A stretch of 20,046 bases of DNA from Octopus sinensis (taxonomy: Eukaryota). The notes beneath the pieces are model-generated. The model ran no database searches and was not told where the DNA came from. It saw only the letters and a program-made list of their open reading frames with translations. The stretch is from NCBI RefSeq assembly GCF_006345805.1, contig NW_021824086.1:1-20046 (forward strand). Reading direction: 5' to 3'. The position numbers and the translations under genes were made by a program. Shown in pieces: positions 1-9,687 of this stretch (the stretch's first letter is position 1; each line of letters starts with the position of its first letter).

Positions 1-2095
1 GTGGTGATGGTCGTCGTGGTGGTGATGGTCGTGGTGGTGGTGGTGTTGTGTGGTCGTGGTCGTGGTTGTGGTGGTGGTGGTGGTGGTGGTGGTGGTGGTG
101 GTGGTCATAGTGGTGCGGTGGTGGTGATGGTGGTGGTGGTGGTGATGTTGGTGGTGGTGGTGGTGGTGGTGGTGATGGTGGTGGTGGTGGTGACGGTGGT
201 CGTGGTGGTGGTGGTGGTGATGGTCGTGGTGGTCATAGTTATGGCGGTGGTGGTGATGGTGGTGGTGGTGGTGATGGTGGTGGTGGTGGTGGTGGTGGTG
301 GTGATGGTGGTGTTGGTGGTGGTGGTTGTGGTGACGGTGGTGGTGGTGGTCGTGGTCGTGGTGGTCATAGTGGTGGCGGTGGTGGTGATGGTGGTGGTGG
401 TGGTGATGGTGGTGGTGATGGTGGTGGTGGTGGTGATGGTGGTGGTGGTGGTGGTGATGGTGGTGGTGGTGGTGGTGATGGTGGTGGTGGTGGTCGTGGT
501 GGTGACGGTGGTGGTCGTGGTGGTCGTGGTGGTCATAGTGGTGGCGGTGGTGGTGATGGTGGTGGTGGTTGTGGTGGTGGTGGTCGTGGTTGTGGTGGTG
601 GTGGTGGTGGTGGTGATGGTCGTGGTGGTGGTGGTGGTGGTGGTGGTGATGGTCGGTGGTGGTGGTGGTGGTGATGGTCGTGGTGGTGGTGACGGTGGTG
701 GTCATAGTGGTGGCGGTGGTGGTGGCGATGGTGGTGGTGGTGGAGTGGGGGTTGGGTGGTGGCGGTGGTGGCGGTGGTGGTCGTGGTGGTGACGGTGGTG
801 GTGATGGTGGTGGCGATGGTGGTGGTGGTGGTGATGGTGGTGGTCGTGGTGGTGGTGGTGGCGGTGGTGGTCGTGGTGGTCGTGGTGGTGACGGTGGTGG
901 TGATGGTGGTGGTGATGGTGGGTGGTGGTGGTTGTGATGGTGGTGGTGGTGGTGGTGGTGGCGGCGGTGGTGATGGTGGTGGTGGTGGTGGTGTTGGTGG
1001 TGGTCGTGGTCGTGGTGATGGTGGTGGTCGTGGTGGTGGTGGTGGCGTTGGTGGTCGTGGTGGTCGTGGTGGTGACGGTGGTGGTGATGGTGGTGGTGGT
1101 GGTGGTTGTGATGGTGGTGGTGGTGGTGGTGGTGGTGGCGGCGGTGGTGATGGTCATAGTGGTGGTCATAGTGGTGGCGGTGGTGGTGATGGTGATGGTG
1201 GTGGTGATGGTGCTGGTGGTGGTGGTCATAGTGGTGGCGGAGGTGGTGATGGTGGTGGTGGTGGTGGTGTTGGTGGTGGTCGTGGTCGTGGTGATCGTCG
1301 TGTGGTGGTGGTGGTGATGGTCGTGGTGGTGGTGGTGGTGGTGGTGGTGGTTGATGGTGGTGGTGGTGGTGGTGGTGATGGTGGTGGTGGTGGTGGAGTG
1401 GGGGTGGGGTGGTTGTGGTGGCGGTGGTGGTCTTGGTGGTGACGGTGGTGGTGATGGTGGTGGTGGTGGTTGTGATGTTGGTGGTGGTGGTGGATGTGAT
1501 GGTGGTGGTGGTCGTGGTGGTGGTCGTGGTGATGGTCGTGGTGGTTGTGGTGGTGGTGGTGGTGGTGCTGGTGGTGGTGATGGTGGTGGTGGTGGTGGTG
1601 GTGGTGATGGTGGTGATGGTGATGGTGGTGGTGGTGGTCGTGGCGGTGGTGGTCGTGGTGGTCGTGGTGGTGACGGTGGTGGTGATGGTGGTGGTGGTGG
1701 TTGTGATGTTGGTGGTGGTGGTGGATGTGATGGTGGTGGTGGTGGTGGTGGTGGTGGTGGTTGTGGTGGTGGTTGTGGTGGTGGTTGTGATGGTGGTGGT
1801 GGTGGTGGTGGCGTCGGTGGTGATGGTGGTGGTGGTGACAGTGGTGGTGATGGTGGTGGTGGTTGTGATGGTGGTGGTGATGGTGGTGGTGGTTGTGATG
1901 GTGGTGGTGGTGGTGGCGGCGGTGGTGATGGTGGTAGTGGTGACGGTGGTGGTGATGGTGGTGGTGGTGGTGATGGTGGTGATGGTGGTGATGATGGTGG
2001 TGGTGGTGGTGGTGGTGATGGTGGCGACGGTGGTTGTGATGGTGGTGGTGGTGGTGGTGGTGATGGTGGTGATGATGGTGGTGGTGGTGGTCGTG
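1..2095. repeat. Degenerate (GGT)n/(ACC)n trinucleotide array with GAT, CGT, TGT and GGC interruptions
   Basis: Directly visible. It accounts for all the poly-V/G/T/P/H ORFs in the track and continues past the window start. Confidence 0.97.
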
Positions 2096-2314
2096 GCAGA
2101 GTTGTCTGTTGTAGAAGTCGTGGTTGACTGTGAAGCTGTCGTCTGGTTTCTTCCAATTCTTCGTGTGTCGGCGTCCGTGCTCACAGCTGCACCTGTGTCG
2201 CTCCTCCCCTTCTTTCCCTCCCTCGTGAAGCAGTGGGGAAGGCAGGGTAGAAGGGAAATCAACGTCGTAAGCGTTGTCAAGGTGACCAGTGACCTTTCCC
2301 CCCGAAGACTTCAT
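1226..2314 (-). CDS. Candidate His-rich coding exon (MKSSGGKVTGHLDNAYDVDF...QLCHDHHHH...)
   Basis: ATG at 2314 in AAAGCCATG context, followed by ~70 non-repetitive, GC-richer codons that run into poly-His. There is a possible minus-strand acceptor (TTTTTTATGTAACAG) ending at 2457. No homology recognised; other frames are also open. Confidence 0.25.
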   Translation of the reverse strand: MKSSGGKVTGHLDNAYDVDFPSTLPSPLLHEGGKEGEERHRCSCEHGRRHTKNWKKPDDSFTVNHDFYNRQLCHDHHHHHHHHHHHHHHHHHHNHRRHHHHHHHHHHHHHHHHHHHHHHHHHHRHHYHHHHRRHHHHHHHNHHHHHHHHHNHHHHHHHCHHHHHHHRRHHHHHHHHNHHHNHHHNHHHHHHHHHHHIHHHHQHHNHHHHHHHHRHHHDHHDHHRHDHHHHHHHHHHHHHHHHHHHHHHQHHHHHHHNHHDHHHDHHHDHHHHHIHHHHQHHNHHHHHHHHRHHQDHHRHHNHPTPTPPPPPPSPPPPPPPSTTTTTTTTTTTITTTTTRRSPRPRPPPTPPPPPPSPPPPPL

Positions 2315-2546
2315 GGCTTTGAAGTCGCCATGCTCAAAACAGAAATGGTTAAGAAAGCCGAAAACGAATTTACAAAATGGGGAAACACCCCACACAGGGA
2401 AGGTTTCCCGTGCGAAGGATTTGCACAACCGAATGTATTTATTAGTTGTTGCACAACTGTTACATAAAAAATATTATCCAAACACAAACTTTTGAAGGCA
2501 ATAAAAGGGAAGCTTACTACGAGCCGATGTGATTATCATCCGTCCA

Positions 2547-2599
2547 TAAGATAGATAGATAGATAGAGAGACAGAAACAGATAGAGAGAGAGAGAGAGA
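2547..2599. repeat. (AGAT)n/(AG)n microsatellite
   Basis: Directly visible. Confidence 0.9.
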
Positions 2600-2696
2600 A
2601 GGAGTATCCACCTTCCTATTAACCATTCATTCATTTAATTATTTACTTAGTCCTTTATCATTGTATTGGAATGGATTTAAGGATGATGACCTCTTA

Positions 2697-2776
2697 AATA
2701 TATATGTATATATTAGTATATATATATATACACATACCACACAACACACACACACACACACACCACACACATATAT

Positions 2777-2823
<47 letters not shown>

Positions 2824-2835
2824 CATACATATTCA
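2697..2835. repeat. Compound (TA)n/(CA)n microsatellite
   Basis: Directly visible. Confidence 0.92.
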
Positions 2836-2837
2836 TA

Positions 2838-2912
2838 CAGGTATGGCTGTGTGGTAAGAAGCTTGCTTCGCAACCACATCGTTCCGGGTCAGTCCCAACT
2901 GCATGACACCTT
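2838..2912 (+). mobile_element. 5' fragment (tRNA-like head) of SINE family A
   Basis: TGGCTGTGTGGTAAGAAGCTTGCTT...GTTCCGGGTCAGTCCC matches the reverse complement of the SINE heads near 16110-16195 and 13540-13622. Confidence 0.8.
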
Positions 2913-2960
2913 TATTATTATTATTTTAATAAAAGAATGAATTATTATTATTTTAGTTTT

Positions 2961-3388
2961 GAAGTCGGTGAGCTGGCAGAAACGTTAGCACGCCGGGCGA
3001 AATTCTTACCGGTATTTTGTCTGCCGCAACGTTCTGAGTTCAAATTCCGCCGAGGTCGACTTTGCCTTTCATCCTTTCGGGGTCGATAAACTAAGTACCA
3101 GTTACGCACTGGGGTGGATATAATCGACTTAATCCGTTTGTCTGTCCTTGTTTGTCCCCTCTGTGTGTAGCTCCTTGTGGGCAATAAAGAAATAAGAATC
3201 GTTAGCACGCCGGGCGAACTGCTTGGTGTATTTCGTCCGTTTTTACGTTCTGAGTTCAAATTCCGCCGAGGTCGACTATGCCTTTCATCCTTTCGGGTGT
3301 CAATAAATTACATACCAGTGAAACACTGAGGTCCATGTAATCGACTTCTGCCCCAAAATCTCTGCCTTTGTGGGAAAATTGGAAACAT
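2961..3388 (+). mobile_element. tRNA-derived SINE family B, tandem dimer (units 2961-3195 and 3196-3388)
   Basis: A-box-like TGGCAGAAACG, B-box GAGTTCAAATTCC and body GCCTTTCATCCTTTCGGGGTCGATAAA. Unit 1 is highly similar to 15066-15298; unit 2 has a different 3' tail. Confidence 0.9.
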
Positions 3389-3410
3389 CACTTATTGTTG
3401 TAGTTTCTTC

Positions 3411-3453
3411 GTCAAAGCTCTTTCGTCACATATCCTGTGACCTCATCAGTGAC
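3411..3453 (-). ncRNA. Minimal type I hammerhead ribozyme motif
   Basis: The minus strand reads GUCA-CUGAUGA-G-GUCACA(GGAUA)UGUGAC-GAAA-GAGC-UU-UGAC: intact core, 6-bp stem II, 4-bp stem I and a very short stem III. Confidence 0.75.
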
Positions 3454-3766
3454 TCTACATCTGACGTGTCTCTTGTTCTGCTTCGGTTGTCATCGGAGTG
3501 TAAATTCTGGAGGCGGCACACAGTTTTATAAAGTGAAGTTTTAGTGTTGTATTAATCAATCTTAGACAATAGAATATCAATAGATCGCGAAATGCCGGGA
3601 TCGCGAAAATTGAATTCAAAGAATTTCGGTTTTTATGTTCTTTCACAAACGCACAGATCCTAAAACTACTTTTATTTGAGCAAATAATCTACTTTTTTTT
3701 TTATATGTACATTGTTCAGGAAAAAAATAAATGATTTATGTATTTATTTATATATTTCATATTTAA

Positions 3767-4150
3767 CTAGCAGTATCGCCCGGCATTGCTCGGGTTTGTA
3801 AGGGAAATAACTATATAAGCATTTTTAGAGAGTTATAGCCAAAAAATAGCAAAAAAATGGAAAAAAAATTATGGTAATTTTTTTTTTAAATCGTTGACTC
3901 ATCGTAGACATTTTTAGAGAAGTACTTCCCTTATATAATTGCGAAAAATGAATTAAAATGGAAAAAAATGATGGTAAATTTTTTTTAAATCGTAGACTCA
4001 TCGTAGACGCGCGCTAATACCCAAAGGGCTCGATATAAATCACGACTATAAGATACCCGGTTTTGGTTAAACTGCACCGCAAAATGTGGGAGTAGTTAGG
4101 AATCTAAACCGTAGGAGACAGACACACAACCTCACTTTTATATATAAAGA
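3767..4150 (-). mobile_element. Non-autonomous Helitron, family H1 copy a
   Basis: The minus strand starts A|TCTTTATATA and ends CCCGAGCAATGCCGGG hairpin...CTAG|T, with no TSD and an internal ~100-bp duplication. A near-identical inverted copy lies at 9688-10043. Confidence 0.88.
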
Positions 4151-4395
4151 TATCTGGGATCGTGAAAAATCTCGTGAGGAAAAATGGGGTCATGAATGAA
4201 AAGAGTTTAGGGAGCGCGACTAGATTGCATGTACAGAGTGCCACACCTCATTTGGGGAAAATAATCGCAGAACCACTGGGAATGAAGTATTTTGTTCAAA
4301 ACCCACAAAGCACCGTCGAGTCGGAAACCACGATCTCGCAATGGCGAGAAGAATACCGTAATCAATATGCCACGTCACTTCATTCGTCAAAGGTA

Positions 4396-4425
4396 AAAGA
4401 TATTTAAAGATATTTAAAGATATTT
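4396..4425. repeat. 3 x AAAGATATTT tandem repeat
   Basis: Directly visible. Confidence 0.85.
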
Positions 4426-4836
4426 CGCCTCTGAGCACCATCTAACTCAATCAAAAACCTTTTTGCATATAAACACTACACACATTTTCCTCCGAGTTAT
4501 GATAAAATAATTGGAATAACGAATATAATTGAAAAGTTATTGCAGATGATGAAGCAGAATCTGAATTCAGTAATTTCGAAAGTAAAAGAAAAACAAAGAA
4601 TCCGAGAAATATTTAATTTGTTTTCTGCAGGTCAGTAAGAAGAAAACAATGATCCAAATTAGCGCGAATTTGTTGAGAAGTCACAATTATTGTTATTACG
4701 TTTTCGCTATGAATAAGCATAAAATTCTGCGTAAAAATAAAAATAATAAAAAATAAAATTAAATTTAGGAGGTAGTAACACATTAAATTAACAGCTAAGA
4801 CTATATGAAGAGAGGAAATATCTAAATATACATGTG

Positions 4837-4837
<1 letters not shown>

Positions 4838-4877
<40 letters not shown>

Positions 4878-5118
4878 TTAATATATATATAATGATTATA
4901 TATATATATATATGATATATATATATATATTATATATATATATGATTATTATATATATTATATATATATATATATATATGAATATATATATATATATATA
5001 TAATATATATATATTATATATATATAGATATAATATATATATATATATATATATGACTACATATATATATATATATAATATATTATATATATATATATAA
5101 TATATATATATATATATA
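4838..5118. repeat. (TA)n microsatellite
   Basis: Directly visible. Confidence 0.95.
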
Positions 5119-5193
5119 GGGAGAGTTTACGGGAAAAATAACAAAGACGAAGCGGGTGGTGTACAAAACAAAACAAACAGATGTATTAGTATA
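5119..5193 (-). mobile_element. Short 3'-terminal fragment related to the terminal repeat of the Penelope-like element
   Basis: The reverse complement ATACTAATACATCTGTTTGTTTT...CCACCCGCTTCGTCTTTGTTATTTTT...TAAACTCTCCC aligns by eye to 17151-17220. Confidence 0.7.
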
Positions 5194-6490
5194 ATAGTAT
5201 GATATATTAGTATAATATATATATATATATAAACATACGTAGTCTTTTTACTTATTATATAATGTTTATTCATATTTTTGTACTTTTTGTGATTATATAT
5301 GCTTTAAAATATGTTTTATTTTTTATTTATGATTTGGTTTATGTCTTTCATTGTTTGAATTACATAATAGTGGTTTTTTTCTAATTGATATATATACGTA
5401 TACGAACAAAACGCCCCTCCCCCCGTCCAATGGATGGTGCTGAGTTGTCAAACATTTAAACCAATTTATCCGACCGTCCCATAGGCCTCCCCTTTGAGAG
5501 ACACTGATTTAACCTAAATTTGAGACCCCAGCAAAAGAAGAAATGAAGATAGACTTTTCTTCTATTTCAAAGAAAAACGATTTATTTCACACAAATATGC
5601 AGCCAAAGAGTTTAAAGTACCAGTAATGATAAAACTGGGAGAACACAAACATGGTTTAAAAAGTAAACTTGGCAGGAAAGAAACGTGCCTTTAAGCAGTA
5701 CAAAAACAACAAAAAATGGAAGGTGCAGTTATGTATTGGTTGACGGAAGAAAAGCAGGACAAAAACGATGCATGCAAATGGGTTAGCTGGAGGTAAATCT
5801 AGAGGGAAAAGCATGATGAATTTATGAGAACGTACCTGGGGCAATAAGTTTATCCGATAAAATATGTAGGAAATCAAACTGGGGCGATTTTTGATGAAAA
5901 GCAATAACCTAGGGAACTAAGTAACTAATTTTAAGCTAACTTACTTTACGGGACGTTCAAGGGCATGGAAATGCTTTTTGTTTCTAAAATTGAAGTATTT
6001 TGACCACATTCACCTTGGAATAAAGCTCAAACAATCTTCATTGAATACAATAATGGTTTTCTTTCACTAAAAAACACACTTTTTTTTTCTGGTTTAAAGC
6101 TGTAAGGCAACAAAAATCATTCATTAGCAAGAAAATAGTATTTTCTTTCTTGAATAAAAAGCAATCAGTGTTTTCTTTTCATTAAAAAATAATTAAGCAT
6201 GTTTTTATTTCAATAAAATTTTTGGTTTTGCTAAATGAATTTAAGGCAAAAAAAAAAAAAATACGAATCTCTGTGGCGAATGAATATTTGGCAAAAGAAA
6301 CAGGAGAAGGAACGACTATCACGAAATACAACAATATCTGCTTCAACACACGATTTCACATCAAGAGTCTTGCAACAAAAATCCATAAACATACACACAC
6401 ACAGGTATATATATTTCTGGAAACCTATATCTCACTGTCAGTCACTGTCTCTCCCGCCCCCACTCTCTGACTCTCTTTCTCTCTCTAAGT

Positions 6491-6501
6491 ATATATATAT
6501 T

Positions 6502-6547
<46 letters not shown>

Positions 6548-6625
6548 GAGACATACAGTTTAATGTTAATGTATGCCCAGACATATACCCACACGTATAT
6601 ATGCCTATCACAATCTATCTATCTG

Positions 6626-6716
<91 letters not shown>

Positions 6717-7020
6717 GTCTATAGACGCATACATACACGTATATATATATATATATGTGTATGTGTGTGCGTGTGTATACACACACATACATGCATATAT
6801 ATATAGACGCATACGTATGTACAGTATATATATATAATATAATATATATATAATATATATATATATATAGATATATAGATATAGATATAGATATATATAA
6901 ACATTTACATGTATAGGTACATATCTATAAATATATACGCACACAAAACACACATTAACACATACACATACACACACGCGCGCGCGCACACACACACACG
7001 CGCACACGCAAACGTACACA
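6491..7020. repeat. Compound microsatellite: (GA)n, (ATCT)n at ~6614-6722, (TA)n, (CA)n
   Basis: Directly visible. Confidence 0.93.
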
Positions 7021-7305
7021 GTGCCCTTCAAACACGAGCAAACAATATAAAGCAGAGAAAAAGCGTCATTTTTTTCCCTTTGTATTCACTAATTCTGACC
7101 TCGACCAAATTCCTGACGATTGTTGTCCATGGTATAAAAAAAGAACATGGCGGATGTGCAATGTTTTCCATTTGACACCATATTGTCCGAAAGAATGTTT
7201 GCCCAGAAGATTCAAGACATCCAAGAATAAGATGACCATGCATAATTGGTGGAATGGTAGCACCATTTCTTCGACTACATAATGTCCATCACTGTTCACC
7301 ACTTC

Positions 7306-7331
7306 CTCTCTCTCTCTCTCTCTATATATAT

Positions 7332-7408
<77 letters not shown>

Positions 7409-7550
7409 ATAGATATATATAGTATATATATATATACATAAGCATTTATGCATACGTAAATACATATACGAACATACACAACATACTTGTATTAAAAAAT
7501 AATGTATATACAATTTACGTATATATATATACATACATATACGTATATAT
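7306..7550. repeat. Compound (CT)/(CA)/(TA) microsatellite
   Basis: Directly visible. Confidence 0.9.
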
Positions 7551-7616
7551 GAAGGCAAAAATTATAGAGGTTACAAGAGTGGCAGAGGGTACCAACTGGC
7601 GCCGATTGTACTAAAA

Positions 7617-7869
7617 TAAGAGTTAAATTCACTCCAAACTCACTAAAGCACTATACCTAATGGCTGAAAAAGTGGGGTAAGTCCCCTGTGTGCCTAGCCG
7701 TATTGCAATTTCGAATTTTGGTGTAGTCCACCTTAATTCTCATCAGTGGCTCTTAACGTCTCGGGTTAAATTCGAAATCGCGATACGGCTATTCACGCTG
7801 GAGACTTACCTCTTTTTCTCAACCATTAAGTATAGTGCTTTCGTGGCTTTGAAGTGAATTTAACACTTA
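7617..7869. repeat. ~102-bp inverted repeat (arms 7617-7718 and 7768-7869, 49-nt spacer); the right arm resumes at 8302-8326 after a Helitron
   Basis: Manual ungapped alignment gives about 18 mismatches in 102 nt. Confidence 0.9.
7696..7751 (-). ncRNA. Type I hammerhead ribozyme motif with palindromic stem III
   Basis: The minus strand reads AGCCA-CUGAUGA-GAAUU(AA)GGUG(GACUA)CACC(AA)AAUUC-GAAA-UUGCAA-UA-CGGCU. The core is intact, with one A.C mismatch at the base of stem I. Confidence 0.7.
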
Positions 7870-8301
7870 CTAGCAGCATAGCCCGGCGTTGCCCGGGTAT
7901 GTAAGAGCCCCTAGTAGGCAACGACTAATCCCAATCTAGTCCTTTCCCTCTAGGGAATGAAGGCGCATGTGTAGGTTGCAATGTCTTCTCTTCACTCGAA
8001 TACTTCTGTGTATACGATGTTCCTAGCTGTCCTTTTGGGCGATAAAAAGGTCGAGTTGTGTCCCCTAGACAGAAAATGTGTTGCATATAAAATGCTTAGA
8101 TTCTCGACCCCATGTCGAATTTATTGATTTCTTTCAGAACTGGGGGAACTTTTCAAAATTTTCACTGCGTTAGTTTTGAATTATGGCATTGGGCTATGTG
8201 TGTGTCAAGTTTCATCAGAATCGGTTGAAAGCCGTGGTCAGGGTGAGGGTACAACCTGACAGACACACAGACAGACAAACTACCGTTTATATAGAGAGAG
8301 A
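7870..8301 (-). mobile_element. Non-autonomous Helitron, family H2
   Basis: The minus strand starts A|TCTCTCTCTATATAAAC and has a (GTCT)n tract, the subterminal hairpin CCCGGGCAACGCCGGG and a CTAG|T end. The interrupted host repeat rejoins without a TSD. Confidence 0.88.
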
Positions 8302-8394
8302 TTTCAGCATAATCAATGCTAGTCAGCCTTCTATATTACTTTTGTCAGGATCACCATCATTAATAGCATGGACTAATCTTGGAACGTAGCTCTT

Positions 8395-8830
8395 TTCCAT
8401 TGGCAACGCTTCAAAATGTGTTGAACAAACGATTTTGGAATACCTGCCTCACAACTCGCTTGCCGCATAGATCTTCTTGGACTTTGGTGATTCGTTTCAA
8501 GAACTCCTTCTTGCTTTGTTGTGGTTGTTGATGTTCGTGGTCTTCTAGAATGCTTCTCGTGGACATTCTGAACACTTCCATCGACTTCGAACTTACCTCT
8601 AATGGCGAGTTGCATTCTTGGAACTATTTGAAACTCCCTCCTAAACTGCCTTTGCACCTCCAATGCGTTTTCACACGTCCAGTGACATTTTAGAATTAAT
8701 TTCCTTTGTTCAAAGTTTAGTCTGACTGCCATCATTAATTCCCAGTGGTTTCATCTGGAATGAAAAAAAAAAACATTAATTGATTTATCAGATGCTAAAG
8801 TGTGTATACTACTTTTTGCGACACTCTGTA
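8395..8830 (-). mobile_element. Tc1/mariner-superfamily transposon 5' relic (TIR plus N-terminal HTH region of the transposase)
   Basis: TA|CAGAGTGTCGCAAAAAGT terminus at 8830-8811. The ORF MAVRLNFEQRKLILK...VQRQFRREF...KFEVDGSV...RPRT...SPRRSMRQAS...VQHILK resembles DUF4817-type transposase N-termini. No catalytic domain is present. Confidence 0.8.
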
Positions 8831-8968
8831 TATATACACACAGACATACACACACTATATATATGTAACATATATTTGTAATATACCTGTATTCGTACAT
8901 AATATACATACATACATACATAAATACAAACATACATACATACATACATACATACATACATACATACA

Positions 8969-9014
<46 letters not shown>

Positions 9015-9051
9015 CATTCGTAAACCTAAGTTCATATATACATACATACAT
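8829..9051. repeat. (TACA)n/(TA)n microsatellite
   Basis: Directly visible. Confidence 0.92.
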
Positions 9052-9687
9052 GCAGTGAAATAGAGTCCAGCCTCCAAAGGCATGGCTTTTTTTCCGGTTT
9101 TTGCCAGTTGTGAAGCCAAACAAATTTCAGGCGTTTGCAAATGGCGAAAAACATGGCGGAAATTCAACGTTTTCCCTTCAACACTCAAACATTACCAACA
9201 ATGTTTATTGACAAGATTCTGTAATCATAGAGAGGCGATCTCGTATAATTGATGTAACAGTCATATATAAACTAGAATAGCAACACCACCTCCTTTTTCT
9301 CCTCCGCCACAGCATCTCACTCGCAACCATTCGTCTCCACGTCTCCAAGAAGTGCGTTGATAATACCTGCAAGTGTGAAAGGTAATTACTGGAGCAGCCA
9401 TTGGTTGCCAGAATTGCTAAGCCTTGATATAGACTAAATATGGCTCCGGCAAGGACGCTGACCTCATGCTTTCTCTTTCGTTAAAACAGCCCCACTCTCT
9501 TACTAAAATGTAATTAATCGTGTTATAAATATCAAAGTTTATCTCTAGATACTTTATAAAAGGTGGCTGGTTGATTATCAGGTATTAATTACGAGTTTCA
9601 TGCTGTTTATCTACGTACAAGAAAAAGAGAGTAGAACAAAAAATTTGTTATTAGCCAAGATATTCGTATCGCCATTATTAAAAGATA

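Noticed and set aside
1-2127. Plus-strand poly-Val/poly-Gly ORFs and the minus-strand poly-Pro ORF
   Set aside because: They arise automatically from (GGT)n, which has no stop codons, and the frames switch within the array.
2961-3060. tRNA gene suggested by A/B boxes
   Set aside because: No cloverleaf; the boxes continue into a multi-copy SINE body.
3560-4225. Possible hAT-type MITE interrupted by Helitron H1a (GATCGCGAAA repeats; GGGGTCATGAATGAAAAGAGTTTAGGGAGC end)
   Set aside because: No matching TIR pair or 8-bp TSD could be identified.
4162-4441. 81-aa and 73-aa ORFs
   Set aside because: Short, start at GTG or lack recognisable motifs, and have no splice support.
6050-6225. Loose ~30-bp TTTTCTTTC..TAAAAA periodicity
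   Set aside because: Too degenerate to distinguish from AT-rich background.
7028-7300. Unique island with open minus-strand frames
   Set aside because: No recognisable domain or convincing splice sites.
8205-8220. CTGATGA on the minus strand inside Helitron H2
   Set aside because: No stem II or correctly placed GAAA; not a hammerhead.
9090-9162. Imperfect hairpin (TTTTTGCCAGTTGTGAAGCC / GGCGTTTGCAAATGGCGAAAA)
   Set aside because: Short, with several mismatches and no TSD or second copy.
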